A program made the translations under genes and the position numbers. Below are positions 8,815-18,546 of a DNA stretch of 64,000 nucleotides, piece by piece. This stretch comes from Myxococcota bacterium (GTDB taxonomy: Bacteria; Myxococcota_A; UBA9160; JAFDDA01): NCBI GenBank assembly GCA_965228475.1, contig OZ245817.1, positions 4,448,001 to 4,512,000 on the forward strand, in the 5' to 3' direction. Within the stretch, counting starts at the first letter, position 1, and each line of letters opens with the position of its first letter. The notes under the pieces are model-generated. The model did no database searches, was not told the origin of the DNA, and saw only the letters and a list, made by a program, of their open reading frames with translations.

Positions 8815-9984
8815 ATGCCGACGACGCTCAAGGACGAAGCCGCCATCGTCGGCATCGGGCAGACCGAGTTCAGCAAGAACTCCGGCCGGTCGGAGGTGCA
8901 GCTCGCGAGCGAGGCGATCGCCGCCGCCATCGCCGACGCCGGCCTCGAGCCGAGCCAGATCGACGGCCTCACCACCTTCACGATGGACACGAGCGACGAG
9001 ATCGAGGTCGCCCGCGCCGTCGGCATCGGCGACATCACCTTCTTCAGCCGCATTCCGTACGGCGGCGGCGCCGCCATCGGCGTGATGCACCAGGCGGCCA
9101 TGGCCGTCGCGACGGGCACCGCCAAGTACGTCGTCGTCTACCGCGACCTGAACGGCCGCTCGGGTCAGCGCTACGGCGAGGGCATCGCCAACGGGCCCAC
9201 CACGAGCGATCTCATCCACTGGAGCTGGTACATGCCCTGGGGCCTCATGACCCCCGCCAGCTGGGTCGCCATGTTCGCCACGCGCTACATGCACGAGACG
9301 GGCACGAAGAGCACGGACCTCGCCGAGGTCGCGGTGCAGCAGCGCAAGCACGCGGTGAACAACCCGGCGGCGTTCTTCTACCAGCAGCCGCTCACGATCG
9401 AGGAGCACCAGGCCTCGCGCATGATCGCCGAGCCGCTCCACCTCTATGATTGCTGCCAGGAGACCGACGGCGCGACGGCCTGCATCGTGACGACGCCCGA
9501 GCGCGCCCGCGACCTCGCCCAGCCGGGCGTCGTGATCCGCGCCGTGGCCCAGGCCGCGGGCGCCGACGCCGAGCAGATGACGAGCTTCTACCGCGAGGAC
9601 CTGACGCGTCTCGTCGAGATGGAGATGGTCGGAAAGCAGCTCTGGGAGACGAGCGGCCTCGGCCCGAACGACATCGACGCCGCGGTGCTCTACGACGCCT
9701 TCACCCCGAACGTGCTCTGGCAGCTCGAGGCCTTCGGCTTCTGCGGCTTCGGCGAGGCGAAGGACTTCGTGAAGGACGGCGCCTTCGGGCTCGGCGGGCG
9801 CCTGCCCACGAACACCCACGGCGGTCAGCTCTCCGAAGCGTATCTGCACGGCATGAACGGCGTGAACGAAGGCGTCCGGCTCGTGCGCGGCACGTCCCAC
9901 AATCAACCCGAGAAGAACGACCACGTGCTCGTCACCGCCGGCGTCGGCGTCCCCACGAGTGGCATGGTGCTCGGAAAGCTCTAG
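8815..9984 (+). CDS. ltp2: SCP-x-type thiolase-fold steroid side-chain aldolase (Ltp2-like)
   Basis: AAIVGIGQTEFSKNSGRSE, DCCQETDG, LYDAF, NTHGGQLSEAYLHGMNG. Confidence 0.88.
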   Translation: MPTTLKDEAAIVGIGQTEFSKNSGRSEVQLASEAIAAAIADAGLEPSQIDGLTTFTMDTSDEIEVARAVGIGDITFFSRIPYGGGAAIGVMHQAAMAVATGTAKYVVVYRDLNGRSGQRYGEGIANGPTTSDLIHWSWYMPWGLMTPASWVAMFATRYMHETGTKSTDLAEVAVQQRKHAVNNPAAFFYQQPLTIEEHQASRMIAEPLHLYDCCQETDGATACIVTTPERARDLAQPGVVIRAVAQAAGADAEQMTSFYREDLTRLVEMEMVGKQLWETSGLGPNDIDAAVLYDAFTPNVLWQLEAFGFCGFGEAKDFVKDGAFGLGGRLPTNTHGGQLSEAYLHGMNGVNEGVRLVRGTSHNQPEKNDHVLVTAGVGVPTSGMVLGKL

Positions 9985-11175
<1,191 letters not shown>

Positions 11176-11179
11176 CGAT

Positions 11180-12100
11180 ATGGGTTCTTTGGACGGAAAG
11201 GTCGCGGTCGTCACCGGCGCCGCGCACGGACTCGGACGGCTCCACGCGCTCGGCCTCGCGGCCGAGGGCGCGAAGGTGGTGGTGAACGATCTCGGCGTCG
11301 CCGCCGACGGCTCGGGCCGGGACGACAGCGCCGCCCAGGCCGTGGTCGACGAGATCAAGAGTGCCGGCGGCGAGGCCCTGGCCCACTCGGGCGACGTCGC
11401 GAACTTCGCCGATGCGGAAGGCATGATCCGCGCCGCCATCGACACCTACGGCGACCTCGACATCCTGATCAACAACGCCGGCTTCACCCGCGACGGCACG
11501 ATCTTCAACCTCACCGAGGACGAGTTCGATTCCGTCATGCGCGTCCACGTGAAGGGCCACTTCGCGCCCTCGAAGTTCGCCATGGCCCACTGGCGCGCGA
11601 AGTCGAAGGAAGCGGGCGGCCCGGTCTACGGCCGGCTCGTCTCGACGGCGAGCGAGTCGTTCCTATTCGCCCCGCCCGGCCAGCCGAACTACTCGGCCGC
11701 CAAGGCCGGCATCGTCGCCATGACCATGGGCCTCGCGCAGCTCGGCCAGCGCTACGGCGTGACGGCCAACGTCGTTCTCCCGCGCGCGCGCACGCGCATG
11801 ACCCTGGTCGGCCCGACCGCGGCGATCTTCCAGAAGCCCGAGGAAGGCTTCGACAACTTCGCCCCGGAGAATTCGAGCCCGCTCTTCGTGTACCTGTGCA
11901 CGCCCCAGGCCGAGCGCATCTCGGGCCACGTCTTCGTGGTCTGGGGCCAGCAGGTGAAGGTGGTCGGCCGCCCGGACCCGAACGCCGCGATGTTCCAGAC
12001 CGGCGAGCACTGGAACCTCGAGACCCTCCACGCCGAGCTCGGCCCCCACTTCGAGAAGCTCGAGCCCGTCACCGACGGCTACAGCGTCCCGGCGATGTAG
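11180..12100 (+). CDS. SDR family 3-hydroxyacyl-CoA dehydrogenase/oxidoreductase
   Basis: TGAAHGLG, VVVNDLG, NNAG, YSAAK. Confidence 0.9.
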   Translation: MGSLDGKVAVVTGAAHGLGRLHALGLAAEGAKVVVNDLGVAADGSGRDDSAAQAVVDEIKSAGGEALAHSGDVANFADAEGMIRAAIDTYGDLDILINNAGFTRDGTIFNLTEDEFDSVMRVHVKGHFAPSKFAMAHWRAKSKEAGGPVYGRLVSTASESFLFAPPGQPNYSAAKAGIVAMTMGLAQLGQRYGVTANVVLPRARTRMTLVGPTAAIFQKPEEGFDNFAPENSSPLFVYLCTPQAERISGHVFVVWGQQVKVVGRPDPNAAMFQTGEHWNLETLHAELGPHFEKLEPVTDGYSVPAM

Positions 12101-12127
12101 GGAGCGGGGCGCCGCCTCCGAGCTCCG

Positions 12128-12166
12128 AAGAACGCCCCTGGCCCCCGGCCGGGGGCGTTCTTTCTT
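12128..12166 (+). terminator. Intrinsic terminator ending the sterol operon
   Basis: AAGAACGCCCCTGGCC-CCC-GGCCGGGGGCGTTCTT stem (one G:U) with a U-rich 3' end. Confidence 0.75.
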
Positions 12167-12186
12167 GGGCGGATCGGGCTCCCCCG

Positions 12187-12212
12187 TGACATTTCGAGAT
12201 GCGGGGCTCCAC
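12187..12212 (+). promoter_or_regulatory. Shared upstream motif of PEP-CTERM gene 1
   Basis: TGACATTT-N12-CTCCAC, same spacing as the copies at 13118 and 13868. Confidence 0.5.
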
Positions 12213-12232
12213 CCAATCGCAGGAGGACCCGA

Positions 12233-12865
12233 ATGCCCCGCCCGCTTGCTCACTGCCTCGCCCTGCTGCCGCTGCTGCTCGCGCCCTCCGCGCAGGCGGC
12301 CAGCATCCAGATCCTGACCCAGCTCACGAGCAACCCGGCCTTCATCCTCGGGCCCCAGGCGGGGATCTTCACGCCGGGCGAGGACGTGCTGATCGAGATC
12401 ACCTTCGACGAGATGGCGGTCGACGGAAATCCCTCGATGGGGATCGGCACCTTCCTCTCCGCGGTGAGCCAGCTCGACGTGAGCTTCCAGACGTCGGGGC
12501 TCTCCTTCCAGTTCGGCAACCCGCTGTCGTCGATCGGGACGGCCGACGACATGCCGTCGGGCACGGACTCCGTCGCCTTCAGCTCCTCCAGCCGAATCGG
12601 GGGCAGCATGCCGGGCGGCGTGCCGGCCTCGATCTCGGTACTCCTCGTCCAGATGGGCGGCGCCGGTGACCTGGTCGTGAACGACCGCCCGGCGACGGGG
12701 CCCGTCGCCTTCACGAGTGCCACCTTCGACCTCAACACCACCGGCATCGGCGCAACGAACATGCTGCTCGAAGGCGGCACGGTCGTGGTCCCCGAGCCGG
12801 GCAGCGCCGGCCTCCTCTTGCTGGCTGGCGTCGCGGGCGCGGCGATCCGCTTCCGACGCCGCTAG
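12233..12865 (+). CDS. PEP-CTERM sorting-domain surface protein (paralog 1)
   Basis: Signal peptide ending AQA; C-terminal VPEP, TM helix, RFRRR. Confidence 0.88.
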   Translation: MPRPLAHCLALLPLLLAPSAQAASIQILTQLTSNPAFILGPQAGIFTPGEDVLIEITFDEMAVDGNPSMGIGTFLSAVSQLDVSFQTSGLSFQFGNPLSSIGTADDMPSGTDSVAFSSSSRIGGSMPGGVPASISVLLVQMGGAGDLVVNDRPATGPVAFTSATFDLNTTGIGATNMLLEGGTVVVPEPGSAGLLLLAGVAGAAIRFRRR

Positions 12866-13107
12866 CCGCGCTCGGTGGGTTCCGCGGGGCCACCTTCAGC
12901 GGGCTCTGCGTCCTCGCCGCGCTTGCGCATCCGGCCGATCAGCAGCGCCACGAGCGCCAGCAGCGCTTCGTCCACGAACGGCAACGGGTCCGGAACGAAG
13001 ACGTTCACCGCGGCCAGGGCGAGCACCAGCCCGAACAGCACGGGGAAGCGCCGGCGCGACGCCCAGCGGACGAGCGGTGCGAGGAAGGCGGTTCGGGCCA
13101 GAGCCAT
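12862..13107 (-). CDS. Small membrane protein, DUF6116-like
   Basis: RFPVLF...VPDPLPFVDEALL motif; 81 aa from the ATG at 13107. Confidence 0.7.
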   Translation of the reverse strand: MALARTAFLAPLVRWASRRRFPVLFGLVLALAAVNVFVPDPLPFVDEALLALVALLIGRMRKRGEDAEPAEGGPAEPTERG

Positions 13108-13117
13108 CTCCCGACGT

Positions 13118-13143
13118 TGCCACTTTCGACCCCGGGTCACCAC
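13118..13143 (+). promoter_or_regulatory. Shared upstream motif of PEP-CTERM gene 2
   Basis: TGCCACTTTCGACCCCGGGTCACCAC; 20/26 identical to the 13868 copy. Confidence 0.55.
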
Positions 13144-13165
13144 CAAGCTGGGTGGAGGACCCGAA

Positions 13166-13846
13166 GTGAAGCCCCGATCTGCCCCGCTCGCCCTGGCCCT
13201 CGCTCTCACCTTCGCGCTCGCGAAGCCCAGCGCGGCCGCCATCATCCAGGTCGAGATCGCGTCGACCCTGAGCCAGATCTTCTCCACCGACCACACCCTG
13301 CCCATGATGGTGGGGGACGAGATCGTCGTCCGCTTCCAGCTCGACGATGCGGTGCCGGACCTGAACCCCGTCGCGGGTTCGGGCCAGTTCCAGAACGCGA
13401 TCGTCCAGGCCTCGGTGGAGTTTCCGGAGCAGGGCCTCTTCTTCGACTTCCCGCTCGGCAGCTTCAGCGTGCTCACGACCCTCGACAACCAGCCGAGCGG
13501 GCCCATCACCACCGACGCCTTCGCCTTCAACTCCCTCGGAGACTCGGTCGGCGGGGACATGCTGGACGGGGATACCCCGAACTCGATGATCTTCGGCTTC
13601 GCCCAGGCTCTCTTCGGCAGCGACCCGACCCTGGTCGTGAACGATCGCCTGAACCCGCCCTTCAGCTTCGACGGCCTCGGCGCCTCCCAGGTCACGCTGG
13701 TCGGGCCGATCGGCACGACGGGCGCGAACTTCGTCGACACCTTCGGCCTGAACGCCGGAAGCGCCGTCGTGGTGCCGGTGCCCGAGCCGGCGCTGGGCGC
13801 CCTGGCCCTGGTTTCGATCTTCGGCCTCGTCCGCCGCCGCACCTGA
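13166..13846 (+). CDS. PEP-CTERM sorting-domain surface protein (paralog 2)
   Basis: GTG start after GGAGG; signal peptide; VPEP, TM helix, RRRT. Confidence 0.88.
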   Translation: MKPRSAPLALALALTFALAKPSAAAIIQVEIASTLSQIFSTDHTLPMMVGDEIVVRFQLDDAVPDLNPVAGSGQFQNAIVQASVEFPEQGLFFDFPLGSFSVLTTLDNQPSGPITTDAFAFNSLGDSVGGDMLDGDTPNSMIFGFAQALFGSDPTLVVNDRLNPPFSFDGLGASQVTLVGPIGTTGANFVDTFGLNAGSAVVVPVPEPALGALALVSIFGLVRRRT

Positions 13847-13867
13847 AGAGAGCGATTGCCGCGGGCC

Positions 13868-13893
13868 TGACACTTCCGGCGCCGAGCCACCAC
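13868..13893 (+). promoter_or_regulatory. Shared upstream motif of PEP-CTERM gene 3
   Basis: TGACACTTCCGGCGCCGAGCCACCAC. Confidence 0.55.
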
Positions 13894-13911
13894 GAGGTAT
13901 CGGAGGATCCC

Positions 13912-14592
13912 GTGAAGCCTACGCTCGCCGCTCTCGCTCTCGCCCTGACCGTCCCTTTCACCCAGGCCGCCAACGCCGCCACCGTCTCGGTCGAAATCGA
14001 TACGACGATCTTCGCCGTGGTCAGCTCTCGCGCCATCCCGATCACGATGGGTGAGAACCTGGTCATCCAGTTCAGCTACGACGACGCGGTCGAAGACACC
14101 CAGCTCACCGACGGCTTCGGCCAGTTCGAGAACGCGGTCTCCTCCCTGAGCGTGGTGTTCCCGGACGACGGCCTGTCCCTCACGTTCAACGGAGGAGACA
14201 GCGAGATCGCGACGATCGACGACTTCGGTTCGCCGGGCTCCGAGCTCGACACCTTCACGATCACCGATCTGCAGGACGTGAGCGGGGTCATCCTGCCCGG
14301 AGACGTCATCGATCAGGTCGAGATCGTCTTCGTGGAGCTGGGGGGTGGATCGAACCCGACGCTCATCGTCGATGACGCCCTGAACCCGCCCTTCGATTTC
14401 GACGGCGGCTTCGGCTCGAGCATCTCGGCCGTCATCGTGACCGGCACGACCGCCGCGGGCGCACCCTTCGACGACACCTTCGTCATGGCCTCGGGCTTCG
14501 CCACCGTCGTTCCGGAGCCGGCCGCCGCCGCCCTCGTCGCGCTCGCGCTCGGCGCGGCCGGCGGACTGCGACGAAGGCAGCTCGCAGCCTAG
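13912..14592 (+). CDS. PEP-CTERM sorting-domain surface protein (paralog 3)
   Basis: GTG start after GGAGG; signal peptide ending ANA; VPEP, TM helix, RRR. Confidence 0.88.
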   Translation: MKPTLAALALALTVPFTQAANAATVSVEIDTTIFAVVSSRAIPITMGENLVIQFSYDDAVEDTQLTDGFGQFENAVSSLSVVFPDDGLSLTFNGGDSEIATIDDFGSPGSELDTFTITDLQDVSGVILPGDVIDQVEIVFVELGGGSNPTLIVDDALNPPFDFDGGFGSSISAVIVTGTTAAGAPFDDTFVMASGFATVVPEPAAAALVALALGAAGGLRRRQLAA

Positions 14593-14605
14593 GGGCGTCT
14601 TCTCT

Positions 14606-15160
14606 TCACTCGCCGAGCAGCTGCTCGCAGGCGAGTCCCACCCGCTCCATCACGCCGGACTGATCGAACAGCCCGCCCGTCCAGCCGACGAGCGAGGCGA
14701 ACCAGACGTTCTGCAGGATCCCGGCGACGTTGCGGTCGCGCTCCGTCACGGCGGCGTCTCCGCAGATCACCTCGGTGATGAGCTCGCTGTTGCGATCGTG
14801 GAAGGCCGCCGTGGTCTCGTGCATCTCGGGGCTTCCGGTCGCAAGCGCCCGGATGACGGCGCGGGCGAAGTTCGGGCGCGAGAGCACCCCTCGGTTGGCG
14901 GCGCGGAAGAAGGCGAGCGCCCGCTCGCGCGGCGTGTTTCCCTTCGGCGGCCGGCGGCGGATCGCCTTCTGGAGCGCCTCCATCTCGCGCGCCAGCGCGG
15001 CACCGAGCAGGTCTTCCTTCCCTCGGAAGTGACGGTAGACGGTGCCGAGGGCGACGCCGGCCTCGCTCGCCACCTCGCGAAGTCGGACCGCCTCGAAGCC
15101 GCCCTTCTCCGCCAGGTCGATCGTCGCTGCGACGATGCGTTCGCGTCGGTCCTCCGCCAC
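14606..15160 (-). CDS. kstR: TetR-family regulator, KstR-like
   Basis: RRERIVAATIDLAEKGGFEAVRLREVASEAGVALGTVYRHF resembles the KstR HTH; last gene of the ltp3/ltp4 operon; KstR-type boxes in the window. Confidence 0.75.
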   Translation of the reverse strand: MAEDRRERIVAATIDLAEKGGFEAVRLREVASEAGVALGTVYRHFRGKEDLLGAALAREMEALQKAIRRRPPKGNTPRERALAFFRAANRGVLSRPNFARAVIRALATGSPEMHETTAAFHDRNSELITEVICGDAAVTERDRNVAGILQNVWFASLVGWTGGLFDQSGVMERVGLACEQLLGE

Positions 15161-15169
15161 GGCCGGCGC

Positions 15170-16324
15170 CTAGGGCTTCTCCGCGCCGACGATCCACATC
15201 GCGAAGAACTGGGAACCGCCGCCGTAGGCATGGCCGAGCGCGCGCTTCGCGCCGTCGACCTGGTGCTCCCCGGCCATGCCGCGCACCTGCATCGCGGCTT
15301 CGGCGAAGCGGATCATGCCCGACGCGCCGATCGGGTTCGAGGAGAGCACGCCACCCGACATGTTGACCGGGAGGTCGCCGTCGAGCGCGGTCGCACCTTC
15401 GTAGGTCATCTTCCAGCCTTCCCCGGCCGGCGCGAAGCCGAGGTTCTCCATCCACATGGGCTCGAACCAGCTGAACGGGACGTAGATCTCCGCGCAGTCG
15501 AGGTCCTGGCGCGGGTTCTGGATGCCGGCCTTGGCGTAGAGCTCCTTGGCGCACTCCCGGCCCGCGTGCGGGTTCACCTGATCGCGCCCGGCGAACTGCG
15601 TCGGCTCGCTGCGCATGGCGGTGCCGTGCACCCAGGCCGGGTTCTTCGTGCTGGAGGCGCCCTGCTCGTTCGAGAGCACCATCGCGCACGCGCCGTCCGA
15701 GGACGGGCAGGTCTCGAGGTAGCGGATCGGGTCCCACAGCATGGGCGAGTTGGCGATCGCCTCGAAGGTGACGTCCGGCACCTTCAGGTGCGCGTAGGGG
15801 TTCTTGAGCGCGTTCAGCCGGTCCTTCAGCGCGACGCGGATGCCCGTGTCGTCCGGCGCCTCGGAGCGTGCCATGTAGGCCCGGATCAGCGGCGCGAAGT
15901 AGCCGCCCGCGCCCGCCACCACCGCCACCGAGAACGGCATCGAGATGGTGAGCGCCCACATGGCGTTGCTCTCGGACTGCTTCTCGTAGGCCACCGTGAG
16001 CACGCGCTCGTGGATGCCGGCCTCGATCAGGCTCGAGGCCACGCAGGCCGTGCTGCCGCCGACGCTGCCCGCCGTGTGCACGCGCAGCATGGGCTTCCCC
16101 ACGGCGCCGAGAGCGTCCGCCAGGAAGAGCTCGGGCATCATCACGCCCTCGAACATGTCGGGGGCCTTGCCGACGACGACGGCGTCGATGTCGCCCCAGT
16201 CGCAGCCCGCGTCCTCGAGGGCGCGCTGCGCCGCTTCGCGCACGAGGCCCTGCTGAGAGACGTCGCCTCGGTTCGCGTCGTGCTTGGTCTGGCCGATCCC
16301 GACCACCGCGCAACGTTCCGCCAT
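15170..16324 (-). CDS. ltp3: Thiolase-fold protein (Ltp3-like)
   Basis: GKAPDMFEGVMMPE, RVHTAGSVGG, ETCPSSDGA, YVPFSWFEPMW, GHAYGGGSQFF. Confidence 0.85.
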   Translation of the reverse strand: MAERCAVVGIGQTKHDANRGDVSQQGLVREAAQRALEDAGCDWGDIDAVVVGKAPDMFEGVMMPELFLADALGAVGKPMLRVHTAGSVGGSTACVASSLIEAGIHERVLTVAYEKQSESNAMWALTISMPFSVAVVAGAGGYFAPLIRAYMARSEAPDDTGIRVALKDRLNALKNPYAHLKVPDVTFEAIANSPMLWDPIRYLETCPSSDGACAMVLSNEQGASSTKNPAWVHGTAMRSEPTQFAGRDQVNPHAGRECAKELYAKAGIQNPRQDLDCAEIYVPFSWFEPMWMENLGFAPAGEGWKMTYEGATALDGDLPVNMSGGVLSSNPIGASGMIRFAEAAMQVRGMAGEHQVDGAKRALGHAYGGGSQFFAMWIVGAEKP

Positions 16325-17376
16325 CACTCGCCCTCCAGGACGCACACGAGGTTCTGCTGCAGGCAGGGGCCCGAGGTCGCGTGCGCCACGCCCCGGCCGG
16401 CCGATCCGTCGAGGATGCGGTTCGCCACCTCACCGATGCGCGTGAGCCCCGCGCTCATGATGGGGTGCGCCGAAAGAACCCCCCCGGACGGGTTCACGTC
16501 GCAGTCGCCCGCGAGCCCGAGCGCCTCGGTCACCAACCGCTCCTGGTGACTGAAGGGCGCGTAGACCTCGGCCACGTCGACCCCGCCCTTGCCGACGCCG
16601 GCCTTCTCGGCCGCGATCTGCGTGGACGCCGACACCGTGAGGTCGCGCGCACCGAGCGAGTGCGGCTCGATGCGGTGGTCGAAGCCGCGGATCCAGGCCG
16701 GGCGCTTCGCCACGCTCTTCGCGAGGTCCGCCGATGCGATCACCAGGGCCGACGCGCCGTCGGTGATCGGCGGGCAGTCGTGCTGGCGCAGCGGGTTCGC
16801 GACGTAGGGCTCGGCGAGCAGCGCGTCGACGTCGAAGTCGCCCACCAGGTGCGCGTTCGGGTTCGACCTGCCCTTGGCCCGGTTGCGCACCGCGATCTCC
16901 GCCATCTCGCGCTCGCTGATGCGGCCGGCGTCGAGCATCTTGCGCGCCTGGAGCGCGGCCATGTGGATCGCGCTGGGCCAGAGCGGCGTCAGCAGGTAGG
17001 GGTCGAGCTGCAGCGTCACCACGTCGGCCGGGCTCCCCATGGAGCTCTTGCCGAAGCCGTAGACCAGCGCCGACTCGCACTGACCGGTCTGGATCTTGAC
17101 CCAGGCCTCGTAGAGCGCCCAGGCGCCGTCCATCTCGACGTGGCTCTCGGCGATCGGCGGCCAGGCGCCCACCGCGTCGAGGGCCATCACGAAGGAGAAG
17201 GGCTGCCCGGCGATGTAGTCGCAGCTGCCGGAGCAGACGAACCCGATCTCTTCTCGGGGGATGCCCGACGCCTCGACCGCGCGCGGAATCACGTCGAGCA
17301 GCATCTCGACCTCGTTGCGCGAGTCGCTGCGAACGCTCGGGACCTGGGCGAAGGAAACGACGGCGACGTCGCGCAT
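16324..17376 (-). CDS. ltp4: Thiolase-fold protein (Ltp4-like)
   Basis: CSGSCDYIAGQPFSFVMALD, ESHVEMDGAWALYEAW, AHATSGPCLQQN (3' part of ORF 16324..17922). Confidence 0.85.
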   Translation of the reverse strand: MRDVAVVSFAQVPSVRSDSRNEVEMLLDVIPRAVEASGIPREEIGFVCSGSCDYIAGQPFSFVMALDAVGAWPPIAESHVEMDGAWALYEAWVKIQTGQCESALVYGFGKSSMGSPADVVTLQLDPYLLTPLWPSAIHMAALQARKMLDAGRISEREMAEIAVRNRAKGRSNPNAHLVGDFDVDALLAEPYVANPLRQHDCPPITDGASALVIASADLAKSVAKRPAWIRGFDHRIEPHSLGARDLTVSASTQIAAEKAGVGKGGVDVAEVYAPFSHQERLVTEALGLAGDCDVNPSGGVLSAHPIMSAGLTRIGEVANRILDGSAGRGVAHATSGPCLQQNLVCVLEGE

Positions 17377-17861
17377 CACAGGTGCTCCTGGAAGGATTCG
17401 ATCGGGACGTCCGGCTCGCCCGTCGGCTCGAAGTATTCGATGCTGCGCAGGGTCGGCCCGAGCTCGGCCTTGGGCACCCAGTGAGCCTTCACACGCATGC
17501 CCATGCGCACCTCTTCGGGCTCGCAGCCGTGGATCACGTGGAAGAAGGGGATGTCGGCCCCGTCGAGCAACACGTGGGCGGCCACGAAGGGCGGATCCAC
17601 CGAGAGGTTCTCGGCCGGGATGCGCACGACGCAGAACGTCGTGACGGTGCCCGTGTCCTTCACCTCGACCTCGTCGGTCAGCGCGACGGCATCCGCGGGG
17701 CAGCTGCCGCGCGGCGGCACGTAGACCTTGCCGCTCACCGGGCTGCGGCGGCCGAGGATCTTGCCCTGGGCGAGGCCGTGCAGGAAGACCTGCGCCGCCT
17801 CGCCGGCCGTGAACGTGTACTCGAGGTGGATCGGCGTGATGATCGTTTCGACCTTGGCCAT
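17376..17861 (-). CDS. DUF35 Zn-ribbon/OB-fold protein
   Basis: KVYVPPRGSCP, GTVTTFCVV, LLDGAD, RMGMRVKAHW. Confidence 0.85.
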   Translation of the reverse strand: MAKVETIITPIHLEYTFTAGEAAQVFLHGLAQGKILGRRSPVSGKVYVPPRGSCPADAVALTDEVEVKDTGTVTTFCVVRIPAENLSVDPPFVAAHVLLDGADIPFFHVIHGCEPEEVRMGMRVKAHWVPKAELGPTLRSIEYFEPTGEPDVPIESFQEHL

Positions 17862-17863
17862 GA

Positions 17864-18328
17864 CTAGGCGCCCTCCCCTGCATCCGCCTGGGGAACGAAA
17901 CACTCGAGGTCCCGGATGCCACCCGCGGGCTCGCTCTTGAATCGCGCGGTGACGCGCATGCCGGTCGACATGGCGCTCTCGGAGCCCGCGTCGACGCAGT
18001 GCAACAGCTCGGTGTCGGCGCCGTCGATCTGGATCAGGGCGAAGGCGAAGGGCTTCGCGAGCGCGTGGCGATCCTGCGGCTCGCTCACCCAGGTCCAGCT
18101 GCGGACGGTGCCGCCGGGCCCGACGTCGACCATCTCCCCGGTCGCTGCGCCGGTCTCGGGGTCGTACTCCGCGGGCGGGCACAGCACGCGGCCGCCCGAG
18201 GTCCTCGCGCCGAGGAGCTTTCCATCCTGGAGAGCGGAGAAGAACGCGCCCATCACCGGGCCCACGCTGCGCCGGTAGTCGTACTCGACGACGTGCGTGG
18301 CGGTGAGGGGAGACTGGCTCTGGGCCAT
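17864..18328 (-). CDS. DUF35 Zn-ribbon/OB-fold protein
   Basis: YRRSVGPVMGAF, PPAEYDPETG, GTVRSWTWV, PFAFALIQIDGADT. Confidence 0.85.
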   Translation of the reverse strand: MAQSQSPLTATHVVEYDYRRSVGPVMGAFFSALQDGKLLGARTSGGRVLCPPAEYDPETGAATGEMVDVGPGGTVRSWTWVSEPQDRHALAKPFAFALIQIDGADTELLHCVDAGSESAMSTGMRVTARFKSEPAGGIRDLECFVPQADAGEGA

Positions 18329-18392
18329 CGGGGTAACCTCCCGTGATCACTCGACTTTCGGGCCCGCGGGGGACTCGCCTGCCGAGCGTAAT

Positions 18393-18406
18393 TGAAACAC
18401 GTTCTA
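18393..18406. promoter_or_regulatory. KstR-type operator between the ltp operon and the divergent hydrolase
   Basis: TGAAACACGTTCTA fits TnnAACnnGTTnnA in the divergent intergenic region. Confidence 0.8.
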
Positions 18407-18546
18407 CCTCGGCCACCCGCCCGGGTCAAGCACGGAGGCAGGGGGCGCCGCCGAAGGCACGCCGGGGAGGTTCCGGTTCCCTGACGACCGCCGGTCCCCC
18501 AGAATGCCCGGCGGTTTCATCCGCAACGAAACGTCCCGAGGCCCGC

